Assembly (NCBI RefSeq): GCF_006345805.1
Contig: NC_043011.1
Location: forward strand, 27,974,464 to 28,038,463
DNA from: Octopus sinensis
Lineage: Eukaryota
DNA length: 64,000 nt
Direction: 5' to 3'
Shown: piece after piece, positions 1 through 11,305 of the stretch
Layout of the letters: the number at the start of each line of letters is the position of its first letter
How positions within the stretch are numbered: the first letter of the stretch is position 1
The notes under the pieces: model-generated
Told to the model about the DNA's origin: nothing
The model's database searches: none
The model's input: the letters and a program-made list of their open reading frames with translations, nothing else
Program-made: the position numbers and the translations under genes

Positions 1-717
1 ATTTGAGAAAATAATATATATGATTTAATAATCCATCTTCGTATTTGACAGCGAGATAAGGGACGAAAGTTATATAAGTAAGTCTTGATATTACTGTTGT
101 TATTGTTTAAAATTTGCTTAGACTGTATGAAACAGATCTGTGTACAACAGCTTCCTAGTCGGGCCAGGGCTGTATTCATGATCACATCATCTAATGTCAA
201 AATGGTTAATTTATTGTGTACATAACAAGAGTAACTTATGCATGATTAGAAATATAAAATTGTTGGATCCGCATTTGACACTTACTTCATACTACGACAA
301 ATGCCATTGCAATTTTTTATCAGTCAATTTAGTTTTGAAATCTATATTCTAGATAGTACACAGTGTATTTGAATTTGTTTGTCCAAAACAAGAATCTAGG
401 TTTTACTTCACTTACACATCAGTGAATAAAAGAATGGCAGAAAGCGATAGCAAACTTATTGCACGGTGGGAAAAGGTGTTCTTGTTTATATCGCGTGAAT
501 CCCTCTCCCCATTTCTCTTTTGCATGCCACTGACCCCACCCTCAAACGCACTGAGTAACACCTGGTATAGGTATAAAGTTTATAATACTACAGTAAACCA
601 TTTGTTTTATATGGACGTTGTGAAGCTGTTTGCTGGAAATAACTAAGAGCTAGCTAGTAGGGCTGCTAACAACTGTTAAAGAATTTAGCAATGACATTGG
701 GATGAATCTGGCCACGA

Positions 718-1319
718 TAAGTGCGTTAAAGGAACTTTTTGTTAGAGGCAATCTCAAACAACTTCCATTAAATTAGATACCGACACAATCATCAGGAAAC
801 CTGACCGACAAGAAAGTCATAAATACCTGGGGATAAATAAAAGAAATGATATACGAAATGCTACCATAAATGAGAAAGTAAGAAGGGAGTACTACAGCAG
901 AATAAGACTCATGTTAAAAACAGAACTCCAAAAATTGCATCGAAACCATTCATACCCTCGCACGTCCAGTAGTCCAATACAATTTTTACATCATTAACTA
1001 GAAACATACAGTGCTCCAACGCCTGGAGCTACTAACATATAACAACATGCATCACCCAAACTACTAACTGATAAGCATATATCTGTAAAGGAAATTGACA
1101 AATTAAGAAATTATAACGACCTGGAAATTAAAATACAAAAGTTGTGGCATCTTAAAACGAGAAATGTTCCTATTATTGTAGATGCCCAAGGTATGATTTA
1201 AAAAAAAAGGGATGCCAGAAACATCTAGATACATCCCAAAAGAACTATGTCTCAGAGAAATCCAAAAGGTTGTACTGACAAGTACCATTTACATCTTTAG
1301 AAAAACCCTATCGATTTAA
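718..1319 (+). mobile_element. Degraded R4/Dong-clade non-LTR retrotransposon fragment (RT C-terminus joined to RLE endonuclease C-terminus, internally deleted)
   Basis: Hand translation across frameshifts gives HKYLGINK...KVRREYYSRIRLMLKTEL...IHTLARPVVQYNF and NYNDLEIKIQKLWHLKTRNVPIIV...IFRKTLSI*, matching R4-clade RT/RLE motifs. Confidence 0.8.
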
Positions 1320-1465
1320 ATGTCTGTGCTGCTTAACGTAAACATATTTAGCTACTTCCCTGTCACTTCCCCACCCCAGGCTTTCAGTCGTACTGTAACA
1401 TCACTTATCCTTCACTCGCCCTATCTCAAGCGATTGTAACAAACGTGCAGATTAAAAGTAAAGAA

Positions 1466-1468
1466 TGA

Positions 1469-1522
<54 letters not shown>

Positions 1523-1650
1523 AACGACTACTAGTACTACGACTACTACTACTAGTACTACTATTCATAATAATAATAATAATAATAATAATCATAATGA
1601 TAATAATAATAATAGTAACAATAATTATTATTATAATGATGATGATGATA
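1466..1650. repeat. Compound (ACT)n/(ATA)n/(ATG)n microsatellite
   Basis: Seen directly; source of the poly-L/poly-I ORF 1465..1698. Confidence 0.95.
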
Positions 1651-2191
1651 AATTTGGGCAGAAGAAAAAACGCACAAATAAAGGGCCCCTTGGATTGATA
1701 GAATGACTTAGACGCCTTAGAAGAGTAAAAGTGGGAGGTATATCAAGATAGACGATATAAGATCTGCTCTCAGGAAGTCAAGCAAATGGAAGTCTCCAAG
1801 GAAGGATAAAATTCCTAACGTCTGGTTGAATGCTTTCCCAGAGTCATGAACTGCAAACAAAACTTTACAACAATGTCTAGCAACAATCTAGTATGTTTCC
1901 CTCTTGGCTAGTTAATGGTTTAACATTCCTACTTCCAAAAAATGAAGAAACAAATGAACCAAAAAATTATCGACCCATAACTTGCTTAACAACAATGTAT
2001 AAAACGCAGACATCTGTCTTGACTGAATATACCTATATTTTTTTTAATAGAAAGTGGCTTATTCCCTAATGAGCAAAAATGATGTAAATGTGGGTCGTAT
2101 GGTTGTAAAGGTCAGCTACTCATCAATATGATGATCTTGTAAGATTGTCAGAAACGATACAAAAACTTGTCAATGGCCTGGATAGACTATA
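1651..2191 (+). mobile_element. R4/Dong-clade RT fragment (N-terminal half of RT), with stops and frameshifts
   Basis: KWKSP-KDKIPNVWLNAF...PSWLVNGLTFLLPKNEETNEPKNYRPITCLTTMYK...EQK*CKCGSYGCKGQLLINMMIL...KNLSMAWIDYR; cut off by a SINE. Confidence 0.88.
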
Positions 2192-2192
2192 G

Positions 2193-2549
2193 GGGATGAG
2201 TCGATTACATCGACCCAAATGTTCAACTGGTACTTATTTTATCGACCCCAAAAGGATGAAAGGTAAAGTCGACCTTGGCGGAATTTGAACTTAGAGGATA
2301 GCGATGGGTAAAATACCTATTTCTTTATTACCCACAAGGGGCTAAACACAGAGAGGACAAACACGGACAGAAAAACGGATTAAGTCGATTATATCAACTC
2401 CAGTGCGTAACTGGTACTTAATTTATCGACCCCGAAAGGATGAAAGGCAAAGTCGACCTCAGCGGAATTTGAACTCAGAGCATAACGGCAGACGAAATAC
2501 GGCTACGCAATTCGCCCGGCGTGCTAATGTTTCTGCCAGCTCGCCGCCT
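2193..2549 (-). mobile_element. tRNA-derived SINE, family B (partial copy 2193-2300 plus near-full copy 2310-2549)
   Basis: Minus strand reads ggcggcgagctggcagaaacattagcacgccgggcgaa...ctgagttcaaattccgctgaggtcgactttgcctttcatcc; homologous copies recur across the window. Confidence 0.85.
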
Positions 2550-2582
2550 TAAATAATAATAATAATAATAATAACAACAATG

Positions 2583-2646
<64 letters not shown>

Positions 2647-2649
2647 CAA

Positions 2650-3380
2650 TATATTCACTGGGTAATCTGCAAAAACCTGGATTTGCCCCATTAAAAAAAA
2701 CTGGTGGGAACACAAACCACTCCCAGTGCTTGAAAATGACTATATCTTACTCTTCTGGAACTTCACCATTCAAACTGACAGAAAGATAGATGCAAATAGG
2801 CCAGATATCATATTGAAAGACTTCAAACAAAGAACATGCCTCCTCATTGATATGATTGTCCCAATCGATATAAACGTATCTGTCAATACCTACCAAAAAC
2901 TGAGCAAATATAAAGATCTTGAAATAGAAATCAGCAAAATGTGGAAGCTGAAGACTAAAACAGTACCTGTTGTCATAGGTGCCCTGGGAATGATAGCAAA
3001 AGGGGCTGATAGCTACCTAACTCAGATACCAGGAAACCCAAAATGGCAGAAATTCAAAAGATAGTGCTCATGGGAACTGCTCATATCCTACGCAAAATAC
3101 TTTCTATGTAATCTCAAGGTTTAAAACAAACATAATTTTCGGTTTAAAGAAAAAAAAAATCTTTTTTTTAGACATTCATTAGTACAACACCAAAAACTCC
3201 CCCCCCCAATATATGGCACACTAGGCATAACAACAACATGAAGTTTCAACCTGTTGTCTCTTGAGGTCTCTGAGTGAGACTTGCAGCCAACTTGTACAAA
3301 TATAAAGCAAAAGTCAAACATAGAATAATAATAATAATAATAATAATGATGATGATGATGATGATGATGATAATAATAAA
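2650..3380 (+). mobile_element. 5'-truncated R4/Dong-clade element: RLE endonuclease domain, 3'UTR and (AAT)n(GAT)n tail
   Basis: ORF 2726..3064 NRPDIILKD...LIDMIVP...KLSKYKDLEIEISKMWKLKTKTVPVVIGALG (PD-D..K RLE signature); a -1 shift continues AEIQKIVLMGTAHILRKILSM* to 3110; flanked by (AAT)n on both sides. Confidence 0.9.
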
Positions 3381-3638
3381 GAAGAGTGCGATTGTTATCA
3401 AATGAACTGTATTTCGACATCTCGTGTGTCTTCTACAGGTACAAAAATAAACTTGTCAAATATTGTTCATTTCATAACAATAACACTCTTCTTTATTTGC
3501 TTCTATATTTTATGGAGGAGTAACCTCCATCCTATAAATATTACCAAAATGAAGTAGATTGAAATGTTTATTTTTGAACCTATGGAAGACTTACAAGATG
3601 TCGAAATATTGTTCATTTGATAAGAATGGCACTCTTCT
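3380..3638. repeat. MITE-like element with ~72-bp imperfect terminal inverted repeats and an internal third copy of the terminal motif
   Basis: 3380-3451 is the approximate reverse complement of 3567-3638; 3454-3492 repeats 3599-3638 in the same orientation. Confidence 0.7.
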
Positions 3639-3647
3639 ATATATGTT

Positions 3648-3699
3648 AATAATAATAATAATGATAATAATAATGATAATAATAATGATAATAATAATG

Positions 3700-3736
<37 letters not shown>

Positions 3737-3800
3737 CAACAACAACAATAATAATAATAACAATAATAATTATAATAATAATAATAATAATATAATAATA

Positions 3801-3859
<59 letters not shown>

Positions 3860-3860
3860 T
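3648..3860. repeat. Long (ATA)n/(ATAATAATG)n microsatellite
   Basis: Seen directly. Confidence 0.95.
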
Positions 3861-5651
3861 ATCACCATCATCAACATCATCATCATCGTCGTCGTCGTCG
3901 TCATCAAAACGTTGTTAGAATAACTTATTCAAGTACAAATATTAAAAGCTTCAAATATCGAAGCCGTATATGGATAATGTTCTACGTTCTGTTTTGTTTC
4001 TCAACTTACTGTGAACAGAAAATTAGATAGAGTTTATGTTATTTGTAACAGACAAGTAGCGGTAATTCAGAGTATTTTTCTAATCGACATACCGATGAGT
4101 AAAAAAATATCCCTGATATGATGTAGAATAAAAATAATTACGTTCATGCATTTCTGAAAGAGAGCGAAAATCAAACCTTGTACTGATTATAGAAATTATA
4201 TCGTCTTATTTCATTAACATCTGAGATGAGTGTCCACTGAATCAATATTATATTTATTTTTTGTTTCACATGTTTCTGACTAAGGCATTAGAAAGAGAAT
4301 TCGTAAGGCAGCAAACTAGTGCACTATGAGATTTTATTTACACTTTTACCGTCTGATTTCTAATTCCCGATTTCATAAAATGAAGACAATCAAGTTGTCT
4401 TTTTAATCGAATAACATATTTCTATCCCTATAAAAGAATACTGTGGCGCATGCAACTCATAACAAAATAAAACAAGATACAGCCTGTTTGATCTAAGCCA
4501 TTAAAGTTCAGGAACAAAATCGACCATCAAAGGATCGATACTCTAAGATGCTCCCGAGAAAGGAACAGAGATATATTTTGTTTATTTGAAACAAACAAAA
4601 AATATAATTAGTAAAATATTGCCAAAAAAAGTGTAATTGAGAAATTGCATTCATGTTCGCTAACAAGTTGAATGAAAGTGTAATACCTTGAGTGATGTCT
4701 GTCATAAAGCTAACATAGCGTTGTGATCTTTAAGATCTGAAAGAAAAACGATATTGACAATATGAAGGGCTTCAAAAATTGTACAAAATCTTTTCAATGT
4801 TTGTTTCTCTAGCAAATAAAGAATGATATAACTTATAGCACAGTGAACTTATAGCATTAGAAATGCTTGTTATATAGGAAATTTATCAAACAAAATTAGA
4901 ACTGAAATGCAATTTCTGTATTTTTTTTTTTTTTTTTCATTCTAGAATGTCATTTTTCCAATTTGTCTAAAACGATATCGATGGGAGTAGAATAGCATAC
5001 TATAAAAGATTGTCATCTTAAACTTAAAATCGAAATAATATCAGTTCATTCAAGTATAAAATCTTACACACACACACACACGCACAAGCAAATTTGCATT
5101 ACTACGTGTACATAACTGCACACACATATGGATATGTAAGTCTATTATGATGAAGATGATGATGATGATGATGACGACATATATTATAGTGTCATCACAT
5201 ATATACACACACACATTCGCATACACAAGGAATACGTACACACATGTACATATACTTATAAACGCGTGTGTGCATATATACACCAAACTACATACACACA
5301 CATGCACACATAAAGCACACACATGTATATGCCCATCATACTTACACATAGGTACTGATATATATACGCACCCACATCTACGCCCACTGACACATTTACG
5401 CATTCACACACAAATATTTACATACGACCTTACATTTATATGTGTATTCAAACACATATACATAAATTCATCCACAAATAGATATAACAAGATACAAAGA
5501 ATGAATGAACAAATGCATACATTTACATGCTAAATTATTTTAATCAACACACCCAAGCAACTAACCGTTAATCTGTCGATGAATCCAATCACTCAAATAT
5601 CCATCGACAAAACGTACAAATCTAAAATTATATACACAATACATATCTTCT

Positions 5652-5875
5652 GGCTTTTATCTTTTACTTGTTTCAGTTATCAGACTGCAGCCATGGTGGA
5701 ACACCATCTTGAATTTTTAATCGAAGGAATCAACCCCAGTACTTATATATTAAGCTTGATACTTCTTCTATTCGGTTCCGTTTACCGAACTGCTAAGTTG
5801 CAGGGATGCACACACACCAAATCTGGTTGTCAAGCGCCGGTGGCAGAGAGGCTCAGACACAAACACACACATACA
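5652..5875 (-). mobile_element. tRNA-derived SINE family A, 3' half
   Basis: cttttacttgtttcagttatcagactgcagccatggtggaacacc... is the reverse complement of the family A 3' end. Confidence 0.75.
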
Positions 5876-6248
5876 TAAATATATATACTTATGTATGCAT
5901 ATATGTATATGTATATGTGTGTGTATATATATATATATAACAATTTAGGAATGGCCTGAACAGGCCATGGCCTGTTCAGGCCATTCCTAAATTGTTATAT
6001 TTATACATATTTAGTCTTGACTATTTTCTCTTTTCCATTAGGCCGATGGTAGCGATAAATTTTTACTGAATTTTGTGCTACCCTAAATTGATTAATTGAT
6101 AATTTTCTGACTAATTCTGAGATTGAATCGGCAGTTTATATTTGCTGCCGATAAGTTTGGCGCGAATGCGTTGGTCTTGAAAATTTTAAGACAGATATTC
6201 CCGAGGCATTGATACAGTAGCCTCGTGTATATCCGTCTCTCCCAGGTT

Positions 6249-6347
6249 TCTTTTACTGATGAAGTGTGACCTATGTAGACCAGCTTAATTTAATTTAATT
6301 AAGCTGTCTATCATTAAAGACACCGAAACGATGCATCGTATAAAAGA
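6249..6347 (+). ncRNA. Type I hammerhead ribozyme (array 1, copy 1), predicted cleavage after 6340 (GUA)
   Basis: Stem I UCUUUUA/UAAAAGA; core CUGAUGA 6256-6262; long stem II GUGU..UAGAC(C)AGCUUAAUU/AAUUAAGCU(G)GUCUA..ACAC; GAAA 6325-6328; palindromic stem III ACGAUGCAUCGU; A.C mismatch at 10.1-11.1. Confidence 0.85.
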
Positions 6348-6719
6348 TGAATTAGGGTAAATGTTTTTAAATTTTCACCTTATTTCCGAATTACACTACT
6401 TGGCGGTTGGAGTTATGGCTGCTCTTTCTGGTGGACGAATGGCCTGTTCAGGCCATTCCTAAATTGTTATATTTATACATATTTAGTCTTTGACTATTTT
6501 CTCTTTTCCATTAGGCCGCTGGTAGCGATAAATTTTTACTGAATTTTGTGCTACCCTAAATTGATTAATTGATAATTTCTGACTAATTCTGAGATTGAAT
6601 CGGCAGTTTATATTTGCTGCCGATAAGTTTGGCGCGAATGCGTTGGTCTTGAAAATTTTAAGACAGATATTCCGAGGCATTGATACAGTAGCCTCGTGTA
6701 TATCCGTCTCTCCCAGGTT

Positions 6720-6820
6720 TCTTTTACTGATGAAGTGTGACCTATGGTAGACCAGCTTAATTTAATTTAATTAAGCTGGTCTATCATTAAAGACACCGAA
6801 ACGATGCATCGTATAAAAGA
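6720..6820 (+). ncRNA. Type I hammerhead ribozyme (array 1, copy 2), predicted cleavage after 6813 (GUA)
   Basis: Same fold; stem II hairpin AUGGUAGACCAGCUUAAUU/AAUUAAGCUGGUCUAUCAU is 19 bp with one G.U. Confidence 0.87.
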
Positions 6821-7036
6821 TGAATTAGGGTAAATGTTTTTAAATTTTCACCTTATTTCCGAATTACACTACTTGGCGGTTGGAGTTATGGCTGCTCTTT
6901 CTGGTGGACGAATGCCTGTTCAGGCCATTCCTAAATGTTATATTTATACATATTTAGTCTTTGACTATTTTCTCTTTTCCATTAGGCCGCTGGTAGCGAT
7001 AAATTTTTACTGAATTTTGTGCTACCCTAAATTGAT

Positions 7037-7072
<36 letters not shown>

Positions 7073-7074
7073 TG

Positions 7075-7238
7075 CGACGGGTTCCTTTCAGTAACTGTCT
7101 ACCAAATCTACTAACAAAATCTTGATGTGTCCAAAGCCATAATAGTAGTCACCTGCCCAAGATGTCACGCAGGGGGATTGAACCCGAAACCATGTTGTTG
7201 ACAAGCAAGTTTTTTTACCACATAGCCACACCTGCGCT
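7075..7238 (-). mobile_element. SINE family A, degraded 5' half
   Basis: Reverse complement of gcgcaggtgtggctatgtggtaaaaaacttgcttgtc...ggtttcgggttcaatcccc. Confidence 0.7.
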
Positions 7239-7428
7239 TATATACACACAGATATAAAATACAATATACATACACACTCACATACGTATATAAATAGAAG
7301 ATTGTTGATTATGTGTAAAAGGGAAGAAAACATATTTTGAGCTTTAAGATTTGGAGATTTTTGTAGTTATTGCACATCATTGATGACTGGACAGATGAGT
7401 TGCATGGTTGCATAAATCTTCTACTATA

Positions 7429-7566
7429 GGCGCAGGAGTGGCTGTGTAGTAAGTAGCTTGCTTACGAACCACATGGTTCCGGGTTTAGTCCCACTGCCTC
7501 GGGCCGATTACAGCCTTGTGAGTGGATTTGGTAGACGTAAACTGAAAGAAGCTCGTCGTATATATG

Positions 7567-7624
<58 letters not shown>

Positions 7625-8106
7625 AGTATGTGTGTGTATGTTTGTTATTTCTCTAGTACCCACAAGGGGCTAAACACAGACAGGACAAACAAGGACAGAC
7701 AAACGGATTAAGTCGATTACACCGCTCCCAGTGCGTAACTGGTACTTAATTTATCGATCCCGAAATGATGAAAGGCAAAGTCGACCTCGGCGGAATTTGA
7801 ACTCAGAACGTAGCGGCCGACGAAATACCGCTAAGCATTTCACCCGGCGTGCTAACGTTTCTGCCTGCTCGTCGTGTGTGTATATGTTTGTGTGTTTGTG
7901 TTTGTCTCCTCAACATCGCTTGACAACCGATGCTGGTGTGTTTACATCCCCGTAACTTAGCGGTTCGGCAAAAAGACCGATAGAATAAGTACTAGGCTTA
8001 GAAAGAATAAGTCCGGAGGCTCGATTTGCTCGTCTTAAGGCGTTACTCCAGCATGGCCACAGTCAAATGACTGAAACAAGTAAGAGAGTAAAAGAGTAAA
8101 AGAGAG
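7429..8106 (+). mobile_element. SINE family A, full length, with internal microsatellite and a nested family B SINE
   Basis: A-box-like TGGCTGTGTAG, B-box-like GGTTTAGTCCC, 3' end cagtcaaatgactgaaacaagtaag(agagtaaa)n. Confidence 0.85.
7646..7873 (-). mobile_element. SINE family B nested in the (TG)n tract of the family A SINE
   Basis: Near-identical to 2310-2549. Confidence 0.85.
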
Positions 8107-8118
8107 TTATGCAATTAT

Positions 8119-8400
8119 TTGTGCAACTTCACCACCAAGAACAGTAGACTGCCAACGTTCTACCACCTCATCGAAACCCACAAAACAATTGCTGATGTAC
8201 AGATTGGACCAATTGTCTCCGGTATCGAAAGACCCCTCTATGAAATCGTCTGGCTCCTCTCCCAGATCCTCAAGCCCTTACTCTCTACTTTTCCTGGACA
8301 TATCCGCAACTCCGTTGAAGTCAACCGAAAACTACATCAACTACAACCTGACCAACTTAAACTCAACACATATGCCTTAGCCTCGACGTTGTCTCCCATC
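8119..8400 (+). pseudogene. Penelope-like element reverse transcriptase fragment
   Basis: RLPTFYHLIETHK...GPIVSGIERPLYEIVWLLSQILKPLL resembles the PLE 'LPKIHK..RPIVS' block; after a frameshift SLDVVS is RT motif A. Confidence 0.8.
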
Positions 8401-9330
8401 ACGCGTTTAGCTTAGTGACTGAGTTCATAATTTCATGCAATTTATGCTGCTTTGACCTCACTCCACAAGACATACACCAGCTTAATTGGAAATAATCTGT
8501 AATATGAAAAAAAAAGTTATATGAGAAATCAGAATAACCCATGTCAACATTGGTTGATATGAGGTGTTACAAAAGTTAGGAAACTAGAACAAAGGACTCC
8601 ACTTCTAATATGGATCAGCTTCACATTTTCTAAAACGCATCTTGTCGGCACATACAGGCACGGTTTCTATCCATGAAACTCAGTCTTACAAAACACAAAA
8701 GATAATTTCGTCGAACAATTTATTTCAAGTAATTTAACTGTATATCTTCTGAGTTGCGTTGATTTGTGGGTAAAACTTCTTTAAAATGCTATGTAAAGAT
8801 TAGGTCCTACCTTATGAAAAATGAATTAAATTTCCTTTGCGTACCTAAATGCAAGCTGATAAATCATTGTAAAAGCAAGTTAGATATAGTAAATAAACAT
8901 ATCCACAACAATTCTGAAACCAGAATAAACAATTTATTAGTCTAATAGGATCATGCACAACTATATATATATATATATTATATATATATATGAAGAGGAA
9001 AATACAATTACATGCGTTCCTGCATGTGTGCGTATATATTTTGGTGCTGGATATCCGACGGTCGACGATTTGGATTCAGTTGTTCTTAACTGAAATATCT
9101 TCTATTGTACATTAATGTGTAAGACATGTGCAACTTTAACGTAATTCTTAAGTAGAACCAATGTGTGACAAGACTGTAACTTTTGGATTAGAGGAACAAT
9201 GCATACAAGTTTCTACAGAGTTACTACTCACAGAGTATCAATCCAATCAAAAATGTAACCCTTAGGGATATATATATATACATATAAATATATGTATATA
9301 TATATCATACATATATACATTACACCCCCC

Positions 9331-9376
<46 letters not shown>

Positions 9377-9899
9377 AGAAAAGGGTGAGTTTTTTCCTCC
9401 TTTACTCTGGGGGGTTCCAAATGTCAATTTCTCATAAAGATTCTTCATATTACATTGGTAGTTTACTGTTGTATTTTTTTCGAATATGAAAATATTACAA
9501 GTATAAGGTGTGTTATGAGCACTTATAGAACACGTATCCTATAGAAACTCAGCAAACAATTAAAGATGGGGAAGAGAATGATTTAGAAATCCTAAAATAA
9601 CTTAATCCATGCCTACAATCGTTTCGAATGGTAATATGAAAATGTAAATAACATGGTAAAAATTAGAAATTAATTCAATTATAATTATAATTAAATTATT
9701 TGCATATTACTGTTTTCCTCAATGCCAAAAAAGAATACATCAAAAAGAATACGTCAAAGAATATTGTATTGTTACAGAAAACTAGATGGAGTGTCACATA
9801 ACGTATTCGGATGTGCATAATATGCGTATGAAAGATAAAAAATGCTAAGATAATGTTGAGTCTAGTAGTGTATAAACTATATCTGAGGCGGCTAACGGC

Positions 9900-10022
9900 T
9901 GTTTGAAAGTATAAGTGAAAAATGTTTAAGAAACATTCTCTCTATAAGAAGATAAGTAATTAAGTGTTATATATTCCATATAAAGCAGTTACCATAAAAA
10001 GTAAAAATCATGTAAATATATG

Positions 10023-10112
<90 letters not shown>

Positions 10113-10236
10113 CATATATTTACATGATATTTTACTTCTTATGGTAAATGCTTTATATGGAATATATAACACTTAATTACTTATCTTCTTATAGAGAGAA
10201 TGTTTCTTAAACATTTTTCACTTATACTTTCAAACA
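9900..10236. repeat. ~130-bp inverted repeat centred on a (TA)n tract
   Basis: 9900-10030 is the reverse complement of 10105-10236 with a few single-base differences. Confidence 0.9.
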
Positions 10237-10238
10237 TA

Positions 10239-10300
<62 letters not shown>

Positions 10301-11218
10301 ATATTACATATATATATACATGTATATATATATATACATGTATATATTCCTATATATATGTATATATGTGTATATATATATATCTATGTATATAAATAAA
10401 TAAGCGTCCAATAGAACAGCATAGCTATATTTAAATTTATATTTGACTGACATTAATGGTGGTATATAATGAAAATAATGAAAACCATGTATGATGTATA
10501 TTAAAAGAAATTTTTAAAAAAACTTCCTTAAATAAGAAATACGAGTAGTTAATAGAATTTTATATACGTTACTTGAATTTCAAACGATAAAAAGGTTTAT
10601 GATTGTGATGGAATAATTATTAGGTTAATATAATGGTAAAAAATATTTATTATTAGTTAAAATGTAATATATTCGTTTGTGTGAAATAAGTCTAAGAGGA
10701 ACCACTAAAAAGGGAAGAATCATTGTTAATATTACATAATTGAGAATGAAACTATTTGCAGTGGTTAAGCTTATTGAAGAAGAACATACGGTGATAAGTG
10801 CTTTTGAGAGATTGAATAAGGTAACAATGTAAGGCAGATAAAGCTAAGATAAATTCGTAAGAAAGACTTTTCGAAAAATTTCACGTTTCTATATTTTAAT
10901 GTTAACTATGTTAGATACTAAAACAAATTACAATATAAATTGAGAATCTAGTTATGCATAAAAGAGATAAAAATCCGTAGTGATATTTTTATAAATAATT
11001 TTCTTATTTATATAATGTAGTGATGAAAGTAAATGTAAGTAAAAAGTATTTTTATTATTAAGGAGTGATAGGTGCGGAAAAATAAGTATATCAAAGATAC
11101 GAGAAATAATTCATATTTATAAAATTTCCTATATAAGAGAAGAATATTATTTCAAAATATATATATTGTATACTGATGCATTTAAAAGGAACAAGTCAAC
11201 GAAATAAAAAGTATGTGC

Positions 11219-11305
<87 letters not shown>

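Larger units (their letters stand above)
5935..7040 (+). mobile_element. Retrozyme-like tandem array 1: ~2.3 copies of a ~473-nt unit, one type I hammerhead per full unit, 66-bp fold-back at the left end
   Basis: Units restart at ~5968, ~6439, ~6911; HHR cores at 6256 and 6727; many internal hairpins; (TA)n flanks on both sides. Confidence 0.88.

Noticed and set aside
790-796. TCATCAG (CUGAUGA on the minus strand)
   Set aside because: Lies in R4 coding sequence, with no GAAA or closing stems
5935-7040. Parvovirus/densovirus hairpin telomere or rolling-circle origin interpretation of array 1
   Set aside because: No Rep/NS1 or capsid coding sequence; the hammerhead per unit explains the array better
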